A stretch of 64,000 nucleotides of DNA. Origin: Desulfomonilales bacterium (GTDB lineage Bacteria > Desulfobacterota > Desulfomonilia > Desulfomonilales > Desulfomonilaceae). Below are positions 49,010-58,544 of this stretch, piece by piece. The position numbers were made by a program, and so were the translations under genes. The DNA is taken from assembly GCA_038205805.1 (NCBI GenBank), contig JBBRBO010000003.1, forward strand, positions 33,853 through 97,852, in the 5' to 3' direction. Under the pieces are notes generated by a model. It had not been told where the DNA came from and did no database searches. It saw only the letters and a program-made list of their open reading frames with translations. Within the stretch, counting starts at the first letter, position 1. Each line of letters opens with the position of its first letter.

Positions 49010-49558
49010 ATGCTGGTCGAGATCAAGAACCGATACACACGTGAGATCATTTTGCACGGAGAAGCCGATTCGTCGGCCGCTTTTCTTGAAACAGCCGTGG
49101 CAAACGGCGTTGAGCTTGCCGAAGCTGACCTGAGCGGTCTGAATCTCTCCAAAGCCAATTTGGTGGGGGCGCGTCTTGGTCTGGCGGACCTAAGTAAGGC
49201 GAACCTTTCAGGATGTGATTTCACTGGAGCATGGCTTGCCGGAGCCAAAATTCGCTCGGCTGACCTGCATTCGGCTGTATTCCGCAAATGCAATCTCTCC
49301 GGCGCGGATCTGTCCGACTCGAACTTATCTCAAGCGGATTTGGCTTGGGCGCGCCTCACCATGTGCGACTTATCCGAGGCGAATCTCTCAATGGCGAACC
49401 TGTTTGGCGCAAACCTTACGGGCGCGAACCTGTTCGAGACAATTCTGACCGGAGTCAACCTTTCGGGCGCCAAATTGGACGACGCATTCATGGCGGGAGC
49501 GCATATTCAAGGCGCACGGTTGAAATGGGTGCAAGGACTGAAAAACAGCAACGAGTGA
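49010..49558 (+). CDS. pentapeptide-repeat protein
   Basis: Long run of A(D/N)LSxANLxGANL pentapeptides. Confidence 0.85.
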   Translation: MLVEIKNRYTREIILHGEADSSAAFLETAVANGVELAEADLSGLNLSKANLVGARLGLADLSKANLSGCDFTGAWLAGAKIRSADLHSAVFRKCNLSGADLSDSNLSQADLAWARLTMCDLSEANLSMANLFGANLTGANLFETILTGVNLSGAKLDDAFMAGAHIQGARLKWVQGLKNSNE

Positions 49559-49636
49559 TCGGTCATGGGAACCTCCCGGAGGGCTCCTATTTACATATCA
49601 CGATGAAAAGTAATGTCCAAGCACCTAATATTTTAC

Positions 49637-50093
49637 TCAATTGACTGTCAACCTACTAAGTTCACAACTCAGTACCCATGAGGGTGTGGAACGCGAGTTG
49701 ATGTGCTTCGGATTGGCCGACACCACTGCGACGGAGTGTTCCAACACGTGGTGGACCGAATGCCGATACACCCCGGTGCTCTCAATGGCCGCGACCGAAC
49801 AGTCGTAGTTTAGGAGCCGCTACCTCATGGAAATGAGGTCGTCCGTCACGGTCCCGAACTCTTTTCGTTCCAACCGCTCTCGACCGTTTTTATTCTCCCA
49901 GAGTAGGGAAGCGGCGATGCTCTTCGTATGAACATCCAATCCGCAGCAAACGGGGTGGACAACTCTACTGGTCTCATCTGTCCGTGGGGACATGGCAACC
50001 TCTATTGTTAGTTTAGTACTATCAAAAATGTCATGATTCCCCACAAAAACAAGACGAGAGTTTCATGCTTCGTTGTGACAATAAGTCATGGTC
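49637..50093 (-). mobile_element. remnant of an IS110-family element: 5' non-coding end plus the N-terminal ~100 codons of the DEDD transposase, with an in-frame TAG at 49820-49822 and a truncated 3' part
   Basis: The translation MSPRTDETSRVVHPVCCGLDVHTKSIAA...KEFGTVTDDL..*..DCSVAAIESTGVYRHSVHHVLEHSVAVVSANPKHI matches the IS110 N-terminal pattern (GIDVHK..., ESTGxYxxxV, VVNP). Similarity is lost after ~nt 49685. The start at 49993 has an AGAGG RBS. Confidence 0.7.
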
Positions 50094-50174
50094 GTTCTTG
50101 GAGAGGGACTTGGGACTCATCCTCTCTTTCAGGAAGGTTCTCTCCGATAGTACTTCTGTGTTTAAGCATTGGTA
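50094..50174 (+). repeat. copy P2 of family P, 5'-truncated: only the 3' ~80 bp remain, abutting the IS110 remnant
   Basis: GTTCTTGGAGAGG...GCATTGGTA aligns with the last ~80 bp of P1 and P3. Confidence 0.7.
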
Positions 50175-50177
50175 TAA

Positions 50178-50398
50178 TACCAATGTGCTGTCGAACGAGG
50201 AATATAGGTGAAGGACATTTTTGTAAGAGCAGGTTTCCCTAACTACTATGAAAGAATGTTTAAATTCACCGCAAGTGGCTTTTTCTCCTTGAGAAAAGGC
50301 ACTTGCGGCTATTTTGAAAGTTCTTGGAGAGGGGTTTGGGGAGAAACTTCTTTCAAGAAGGTTCTCTCCAATATTACTTCTTTTATTGCGCATTCGTA
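50178..50398 (+). repeat. copy P3 of family P, full length, in tandem with P2 and separated from it by TAA
   Basis: TACCAATGTGC...GCGCATTCGTA. The P2/P3 junction forms a perfect 9+1+9 palindrome, CATTGGTATAATACCAATG (50167-50185), which contains TGGTATAAT. Confidence 0.75.
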
Positions 50399-50582
50399 TT
50401 AGAATGGGCAGCGAGAATTCTTGTTTCGCCGCCGTCTATGTGCCGACGAACTTTCCCAGATGCGGCATGAGGTTGGAGCTTTTCCCCGCCTGACTACCGC
50501 AGGGGCGATTTACGTCCGGGGTGTTTCCGCAGGGCGTGCGGGTCTCTCCATGAATGGTAGGCTTACACGGCGCGCTAGCCCG

Positions 50583-50734
50583 CTCCAGTAGGGCTTTTAC
50601 TTTTTCGACTTGACAAGATAATATAGTAGCATACCATAGAAAGTAGGGCTGATGGAATCTTTATTTCAAAAAACGTCAATAATTTTTTGAAAGGAATCAG
50701 GAAGCTGAAGGGGGTTCTTTGTCCCTACTGGAAG
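50583..50734 (+). repeat. copy B of family M
   Basis: The ends are CTCCAGTAGGG and CCCTACTGGAAG. The internal TTGACA-N16-TACCAT is at 50610-50637, followed by the hairpin TCAAAAAA...TTTTTTGA. Confidence 0.8.
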
Positions 50735-50901
50735 CAGAGTGAGCGTTCACGGAAGACCGTCGCTTCCGCAATCCCCGGCGGCGACCGACATTTCTGCCCG
50801 ATCATCGGAGCATAGCATTCAAATAAAATGAGCGCTTAGGAGGGGGTGAGACGAGAAAATCGTTTTTGCGGCTCGTTCATCTTAAATACGTGACCTGTGT
50901 A

Positions 50902-51936
50902 TCAAATCGTACGCTCTTTGAGCCACTCTTCGTCCACAACATGGCTCACGGGAAAGCGTTCGCGTTTGCCGGCATCCTCAATTACAATGGAAGTTCCCCG
51001 TGCGGCGGCCTTTGTGTAGCGCAGCAACACGGACGCTATGAGGCGCTTTTCCGCTTCCGTAGGAACGCCTCGAACGAGAACCGCAGGCGCTGAGAAGTCC
51101 GGTGACTCGAAGAACACGCCTTGTTCTTTTAGCCGTTCCAGGAGCATATTTTCGGACTCGTCCCTACCCACGATGAACTTGAGGTCCGGCCGAATCCGTA
51201 TGTGGCGACCAATGCGCAACAGGTCCAGGTCATCTCGTGACGGATCGAGCGTGTGAGCCAACAGGTCTCGCACCTTACGGGAGAAGATACGATCCGTAAG
51301 CAGGCATCCACCCGCGGGCGCAGCAAACTTGGTGAGTCCCAGTTCATGGGCGAGTTTCAACTGGGCCTTGCGGCCTCGACCCGCTATGGAGAGCAGCTTT
51401 TCCCGGTCAATAACCCCTTCGATTTCCATGCGTGTCGGGGGGAGGAATGCGCCGCACAGCGGCCTCAAGACAATCCCGTCGCAGTCGGCCCTTTTCTCGA
51501 TCATGCGCATGGTGTTCTTACCCTGCGACATGGGCCGCTGGCCGACCACCTCGCCTGTGACGATGAAGCTCGCGCCGATGCGCTCCATGTAGGCCTTGGC
51601 GCTGCGTAGCGTGTGAATGCGGCAATCTATGCAGGGGTTCATGTTCTTGCCGCGACCGTAGCGTGGGTTCCGGACCAATTCGAGGAATTCAGCGTCCTTA
51701 GGGAGGAACACCAACTCCACGCCGATTTCCCGTGCGGCTTCGGTCACCTGGGCGCCGTCTCTGCCGCGGTCCGCCTGGGAAAGAGGGGATGTGAAGTGGA
51801 TGGCGGTCACGGAGATCCCCGGCAGCCGGGTCAAATGGACCGCCAGAACTGAGTCTAAACCTCCCGAGAAGAGGACGACCGCCTTGTGAGGATCGGCCGG
51901 AGCATGGTTCTCAGAAGACATCTGCGGAGAAGACAT
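50902..51936 (-). CDS. PP-loop ATP-pyrophosphatase family protein (ThiI/MnmA-like sulfurtransferase type)
   Basis: PP-loop VVLFSGGLDS, plus NPCIDCRIH (CxxC) and a later GGCLLTD motif. Confidence 0.7.
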   Translation of the reverse strand: MSSPQMSSENHAPADPHKAVVLFSGGLDSVLAVHLTRLPGISVTAIHFTSPLSQADRGRDGAQVTEAAREIGVELVFLPKDAEFLELVRNPRYGRGKNMNPCIDCRIHTLRSAKAYMERIGASFIVTGEVVGQRPMSQGKNTMRMIEKRADCDGIVLRPLCGAFLPPTRMEIEGVIDREKLLSIAGRGRKAQLKLAHELGLTKFAAPAGGCLLTDRIFSRKVRDLLAHTLDPSRDDLDLLRIGRHIRIRPDLKFIVGRDESENMLLERLKEQGVFFESPDFSAPAVLVRGVPTEAEKRLIASVLLRYTKAAARGTSIVIEDAGKRERFPVSHVVDEEWLKERTI

Positions 51937-52477
51937 AAATATCCGTGTCCTTGTCCTTCCAGGTGTCGTTGGGGAGTCCCGCCTTTCGGCAGGTTTCTTC
52001 GAGGAAGGTGATTTTGTCCCAATTGCGTTCGGCCGCCACTTGAGGCAGCAGAAGCCCGGAAGCGTAACCCCGGCGAATCAAGAGGCCGTGCTTGCCCACT
52101 TCGATCCGCTCGGGATCGTCGATGAGTTCCAGCGGAGTCAGCACGGAGATCTCCACTTCCAATTCGTCGAGTTCGCCTTTGCGTATGGGTATAAAGCGCG
52201 GATCCCGAAAGGCTGCAGATTCGGCCATTTCTTCGATGGTCTTGTAAATGGGGCGGTCGGTTTGAATTGCGCCGATGCAACCCCGAAGCATACCTTGCTT
52301 TTGTATGGTGACAAAGGCCCCCAGAGTCTCACGGAGCTTATCCGTGCCGGGCTCAAAATGCGGAACGGGTTTGCCTTCAACCTTGTTTCTGATGACGGTG
52401 CGAGCAATTGTCTTGAGCTGTTCTTTTTCTTCGGCCGTCAGGCCCAGGTCAACGCCGATTTTTGGATGTTCGGCCAT
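51911..52477 (-). CDS. AMMECR1 domain protein (AmmeMemoRadiSam system protein A type)
   Basis: LRGCIG, DPRFIP, GKHGLLI and LLPQVA motifs. Confidence 0.85.
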   Translation of the reverse strand: MAEHPKIGVDLGLTAEEKEQLKTIARTVIRNKVEGKPVPHFEPGTDKLRETLGAFVTIQKQGMLRGCIGAIQTDRPIYKTIEEMAESAAFRDPRFIPIRKGELDELEVEISVLTPLELIDDPERIEVGKHGLLIRRGYASGLLLPQVAAERNWDKITFLEETCRKAGLPNDTWKDKDTDIYVFSADVF

Positions 52478-52631
52478 GAAAGCCTCCTGAACGTGTGGCC
52501 GTATCTGAACTAACCACGACGTGAGAGTGTAATGCGGTAACCGTTCACCTGATTACAAGTGGTTGATCTACGTAGGTGAACGGCGACTATCTTGGCTTGG
52601 TCCCCTCGGGAGATCTAGTGTTCCATTCCCG

Positions 52632-53669
52632 TCACGGAAACATTGGGTATCCCGACAGTCCCGCTGTTTCTTCGAACCCGGCCACCAGGTTCATGTTCTG
52701 GACAGCGGCGCCCGAGGCGCCCTTCACAAGATTGTCCAGACAGGTCATGACTATCACCGTGTTCGTGCGGTCGTCCACCTCGACGGCCACATGGCACTGG
52801 TTCGAGCCCTTCACCAGCGCCGTGTCCGGGAACACGCCCGCCGGCAGGACACGGAGGAACGGCTCGTCTCGATAGGCCGCAATGAAGCGCTCTCTCAGTT
52901 CATCACCGGTGACGGATTGAGTGAGCGGCAGATAGATCGTGCTTACCATACCGCGGCTCACGGGGATAAGATGCGGAGTAAACCTCACTACTATCTCACG
53001 GCCGGCGAGCTTTGAGAGCTCTTGTTCCATCTCGGGGATGTGGCGATGCCGAAGCACGCCGTATGGCTTGAAACTCTCGCCGCTCTCACAGAAGCTGGTA
53101 ATGAGCTTGGTCCCACGGCCGGCGCCTGAGATACCCGACTTGGCGTCCACGATGGGGCGGCTGATGTCCACGGCCTCGCAGCCTACCAGCGGCGCCAATC
53201 CCAACAGCACCGTGGTGGGATAGCAGCCTGGGTTCGCCACCAGTCGAGCGCCCGTAACGGCTGTGCGGTTGATCTCCGGCAGACCATAGACCGCATGCGG
53301 CAGGAGCGACGGGTCTTTGTGCGGGCCGTACCATGCGCCGTAGACCTCCGAGTCGTTGAGCCGAAGATCCGCTGAGAGGTCGATCACTTTGAGTCCGGCA
53401 TCCAGGAGCTTCCGAGCGGCCGGGGCGGACTCGCCGTGCGGCAGCGCGAGAAAAGCTATTTCACCCGGACATTCGTGGCTCAACTCTTCGAGAGAATGCA
53501 AGGGAAAATCCTTGCCGGCTGAGACAAAGGGGAACATTTCGCTCGCACGCTTGCCCTCCCATTGGCGGGAGCTGCCGGCGGTGATCTTCACATCGGGATG
53601 GGCCGCTAAGAGACGAATCAGTTCAATACCCGTATATCCGGAGGCTCCAAATACCAGAACGTCTACCAT
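52632..53669 (-). CDS. argC: N-acetyl-gamma-glutamyl-phosphate reductase
   Basis: VLVFGASGYTGIELIRLL and the catalytic-Cys motif ANPGCYPT. Confidence 0.9.
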   Translation of the reverse strand: MVDVLVFGASGYTGIELIRLLAAHPDVKITAGSSRQWEGKRASEMFPFVSAGKDFPLHSLEELSHECPGEIAFLALPHGESAPAARKLLDAGLKVIDLSADLRLNDSEVYGAWYGPHKDPSLLPHAVYGLPEINRTAVTGARLVANPGCYPTTVLLGLAPLVGCEAVDISRPIVDAKSGISGAGRGTKLITSFCESGESFKPYGVLRHRHIPEMEQELSKLAGREIVVRFTPHLIPVSRGMVSTIYLPLTQSVTGDELRERFIAAYRDEPFLRVLPAGVFPDTALVKGSNQCHVAVEVDDRTNTVIVMTCLDNLVKGASGAAVQNMNLVAGFEETAGLSGYPMFP

Positions 53670-53827
53670 AGCTCGTCCTTGAGCGCATGTGGCGATGAAA
53701 CCCCACGTACCTGCGCTTGTTTTGTGGAGTGCGAAAAGCCATGGCTCCGAAGTTCTTTCGCACTCTGTAGTGAAGGCTTCCGGCTGAAAGCCTTCATCTA
53801 ATGCTTGTCTCTTCTACGGAAAAGACG

Positions 53828-55303
<1,476 letters not shown>

Positions 55304-55441
55304 TTATCGAGGCGCCGAAGAAAGATTTCGGGGATCAACCGGGAAATTACTAATTCGGCTGCAAATGAGTGAGCCTGAGAAGCTATTTGCACAGTTAGGT
55401 TTCACCCGCCGGCGCTTCTTTGGTCGCGTATTGGTATACGA

Positions 55442-56347
55442 TCAGCGGACGACGGGGGCCTGGGGCTGCGCATCGAGAGTTCCCGCGGCTTTCCTGACGG
55501 AACCCACGAACGACTCCGTCAGCAGATCCATGTATCCTTCGAGTCGTTTCTTGGGATACACAAGTTCAGGGTCGCCCTTGATACCGCCGCGTTCCGCCGC
55601 GATCTTCACTGCGTCGAAGAAATTGCCCATGGTGTCAACCAACTTGAGCTCCTTTGCCCGTTGGCCCGTGAAGAAACGGCCGTCCGCTACGGAGCGAATG
55701 AGCTGTTCATCGGCCTTATCTTTGCGACCGGCGACGACATCCGAGATAAATTGCTCATGGACTTCGGCGGCAAAGTTCTCCAAGATGCTTCGTTCTTCTT
55801 CGGAGAGAGGGCGAAAACTCGATCCTATATCCTTGTATTTGCCGGCCTTAATGACCGCCACGTCCACCCCGATCTTGTTGATTACCTTCTGGATGTCGGG
55901 CAGCATCATGATAACGCCGATGCTCCCGGTGATGGTGCCGGGGGAACACACGATTTCGTCCGCGTTACTCGCTATGTAATACGCTGCGGATGCGGCGACG
56001 GTTTCCATAGACACAACGACGGGTTTTTTCTTTTTCACTTTCGCAATTTCTGCATAAATTTCCTGAGCGGGAGCCACCGTGCCGCCCGGTGAATTTATCC
56101 GCAGCAGAATGGCCTTGATGGAGGAGCGTTTCTTGTACTTCCGAAGTTGCTTAAGAGTTTCGTCCGCGCTGGTGATGGTACCTTCAATGGTAATCACCCC
56201 GACCTTATTTCCGAAGTCGAATAGACTGATCAGCCCGGAGCCTTCCTTGTCTTTATCGGAATCAACTAAAGCGACGAGCAAGAGCACAAATCCCGCTATA
56301 AAAAAGACAATGAACAGCAGCGCGACGCCGACCCTGGATTTCTTCAT
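55442..56347 (-). CDS. sppA: signal peptide peptidase SppA (36K type)
   Basis: N-terminal TM, then VILLRINSPGGTV and AASAAYYIAS motifs. Confidence 0.85.
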   Translation of the reverse strand: MKKSRVGVALLFIVFFIAGFVLLLVALVDSDKDKEGSGLISLFDFGNKVGVITIEGTITSADETLKQLRKYKKRSSIKAILLRINSPGGTVAPAQEIYAEIAKVKKKKPVVVSMETVAASAAYYIASNADEIVCSPGTITGSIGVIMMLPDIQKVINKIGVDVAVIKAGKYKDIGSSFRPLSEEERSILENFAAEVHEQFISDVVAGRKDKADEQLIRSVADGRFFTGQRAKELKLVDTMGNFFDAVKIAAERGGIKGDPELVYPKKRLEGYMDLLTESFVGSVRKAAGTLDAQPQAPVVR

Positions 56348-56625
56348 AGAGCGCTCCCGGAGTCTTTCTCGAAAGAACTCCTTGTACTGGTGTACGTCGA
56401 ATGGAACCTACGACCTGGGGCCTCTCGTGAGTTGGACGGCGAGTATTCGAGATCCGTGACCGAGAGGCAGCCGAGCGTCGTGTAACTTCTCAATCTATCA
56501 GAGTTCCTAATCCGCCGCAATATGTGCGCAGAGTGCGCCTGCAGCGGTTCACTCAAGATAAACCGCTGCGCGTGAGCCGTCGGCGGCTATCCACGAGGGA
56601 CCCGCTTTTCGGCGAACCCGGAGCG

Positions 56626-56654
56626 TTGACATAGGCCCGGTCACGGCATAAGAT
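56626..56654 (+). promoter_or_regulatory. sigma70-type promoter upstream of the LOG-family gene
   Basis: TTGACA - 17 nt - TAAGAT, ~150 nt upstream of the ATG at 56804. Confidence 0.45.
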
Positions 56655-56803
56655 CTTCACTTCCTTATGCAATCGTAACGGCGCCGGAATGGAGAGGCCT
56701 CAAAGCTCCGTTTTGCCGAGAGAAAGTACCATTGACCAAAATGGCCACGCGCTGCAATACCGGGCAGTCGGCTAAACGGCGGCTCATCTGAAGGAATTCC
56801 TTT

Positions 56804-57460
56804 ATGTCGGAAAAACAGTACCTCATCGACGATTTTAATATCAAGGAAAGCTGGAGAATATTCCGGATAATATCCGAGTTTGTGGAAGGCGTTGATGCGC
56901 TGGCGGATATCCAGCCGGCGGTGAGCGTATTCGGATCTGCGTCCATCACCGAGGCGCATCCGGTATACGAACTCGGCAGGACCACGGGCAGGCTCTTGGC
57001 GGAAAACGGCTTCTCCGTCATCACCGGCGGCGGTCCAGGCGCGATGGAGGCGGCGAATCGCGGGGCCTCCGAGGCGAACGGGAAGTCGGTGGGCCTGTGC
57101 ATTCACCTGCCGAAAGAGCAGGCGTCGAACCCTTACGCCAACATCAAGGTGCAGTTTCGCTATTTTTTCATACGCAAGGTCATGTTCGTGAAATATGCGG
57201 TGGCATACATCATCTTACCCGGTGGGTTCGGCACCATGGACGAGCTGTTTGAATCGCTGACCCTCATACAAACGCAGCGCATCAAGCCCTTCCCCGTTAT
57301 TCTGTTAGGTAAGGATTATTGGAAGGATCTGCTGGCGTGGATAAAAAAAACCATGCTCATGAAGCACGGTCTGATCTGCCCTGACGACCTGGACCTTTTT
57401 CAGTGCACCGACGACCCTGAGGCCGCTGTATCGGCGATCAAGAGAATGATTATTTTGTAA
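56804..57460 (+). CDS. LOG family protein (TIGR00730 Rossmann-fold nucleotide-binding protein)
   Basis: ITGGGPGAMEAANRGA and PGGFGTMDELFE motifs. Confidence 0.9.
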   Translation: MSEKQYLIDDFNIKESWRIFRIISEFVEGVDALADIQPAVSVFGSASITEAHPVYELGRTTGRLLAENGFSVITGGGPGAMEAANRGASEANGKSVGLCIHLPKEQASNPYANIKVQFRYFFIRKVMFVKYAVAYIILPGGFGTMDELFESLTLIQTQRIKPFPVILLGKDYWKDLLAWIKKTMLMKHGLICPDDLDLFQCTDDPEAAVSAIKRMIIL

Positions 57461-57495
57461 AAAAAGAGGGAACCAGCCGCAGCCGGCCGTTCCCT
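57461..57495 (-). terminator. rho-independent terminator oriented for minus-strand transcripts
   Basis: On the minus strand, the hairpin AGGGAAC...GTTCCCT (with an inner GCCG/CGGC stem) is followed by TCTTTTTTT. Confidence 0.55.
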
Positions 57496-57699
57496 TCACA
57501 TGTAAATCCGTCATAGGTTTCACCGAGCATTCAAGGGTCCAACCTTAGCGAATACCGAAGCGCAAATTATCTTCGCTCCGGTTAAGGATCACAAAAGTCC
57601 GAGTGTTTAAGCCGCTTCCGGTGAGCAGCTATGGTTTCTCCATAGTTCCTGTGGAGGAAGAGGGCGCCGCAGCGCCCGGTCGGGAGAGACGACACATTC

Positions 57700-58152
57700 T
57701 TAATAAGCCATCATCGGAGCGCCCATTCTGGAGCTTTTCACAGGCTTGCACTTGGCGATGGGCTGAGGACCGCACATGGGAGGCGGGCACATGGGCATAC
57801 ATCCCGGGGGCGGGCAAAAGGCGGGTTGGCAAGACTGACGGCTTGAGAAAGCCCCGCCTATAAGCCGGAACGGCAACGTAATTACCGAAAACACGGCGGA
57901 TAAGGGATTGAACCCGCTCACCTGGGGACCACAAGGGGGCGGAGCGCACGGAGGCGGACAACTCGGCATACATGCCATGGGCGCAGGTCCCATAACAGTG
58001 GGAGGACCAGGCATCGCCATTGCCGGGGCCTGCATCGGGTAGCGAGGAGCGCACCCGCTGGGACCGCAATACGAAGCGTTTGATACCACGGGAGCGGCCA
58101 AGACGAGCAGCGCTGCGAACAAAGCGACGACATAAAGTATACGTGTAACCAT
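57700..58152 (-). CDS. secreted Cys/Pro/Met-rich protein (150 aa), unknown function
   Basis: AAGGAG RBS and signal peptide ILYVVALFAALLVLAAPVVSNA. Two Cys-Pro blocks (CMPSCPPPCAPPPCGP and CPPPGCMPMCPPPMCGP) flank a hydrophobic segment. Confidence 0.65.
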   Translation of the reverse strand: MVTRILYVVALFAALLVLAAPVVSNASYCGPSGCAPRYPMQAPAMAMPGPPTVMGPAPMACMPSCPPPCAPPPCGPQVSGFNPLSAVFSVITLPFRLIGGAFSSRQSCQPAFCPPPGCMPMCPPPMCGPQPIAKCKPVKSSRMGAPMMAY

Positions 58153-58544
58153 ACCCTAACTCCTTTGAAAGAGATCTTCTAAATCCGGTAATTTCCAAAA
58201 TTTATTGAATGTAGGTTATCAAAATGAGATGTTTCAGTCAACCCAAAGTTGATGAATTTACAGTAGGTGAATGCAAAAAATGATGTTGATTGTTATGTTT
58301 AATGTGATAACCGACTTTAAGAACAACAAATGGAACAATAGTAAAGGTTGTGTTCAGTCAACCCGTTGTCCTGAAGAGTTAAAGTAACTTCTCGCAAATT
58401 TAGGCGCTTCTCCTCCCGATTTGCGAGCCGCTATGAGCGCGCAGCCCGGTTTGGCGAGATTACCGGATAAATATTCCAATAGCTTAAGCAATAATATGAA
58501 ACTAGAGGGTACACACCCAAGGGCCAAAAAAGCTGATAAATTAC

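Noticed and set aside
49994-50093. Annotating a complete IS110 bridge/seek RNA gene upstream of the transposase remnant
   Set aside because: The remaining non-coding end is only ~100 nt. I cannot recognise the two-loop bridge RNA architecture by eye, so I report it only as a hypothesis within the IS110 finding.
50208-50402. 64-aa ORF with a GAGGAA RBS inside repeat P3
   Set aside because: The homologous stretch of copy P1 has a 1-nt indel that destroys the frame. The conservation is therefore at nucleotide/structure level and not at protein level.
57629-58198. 189-aa ORF overlapping the Cys/Pro-rich gene in another frame
   Set aside because: It has an Arg/Ser-rich off-frame composition and no RBS. 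The 150-aa frame has an AAGGAG RBS and a canonical signal peptide.
58190-58544. Calling this A/T-rich region oriC
   Set aside because: Only degenerate DnaA-box-like words are present, with no perfect TTATCCACA. There is no adjacent dnaA or dnaN, and GC skew cannot be evaluated from one window. I kept it only as a low-interest observation.
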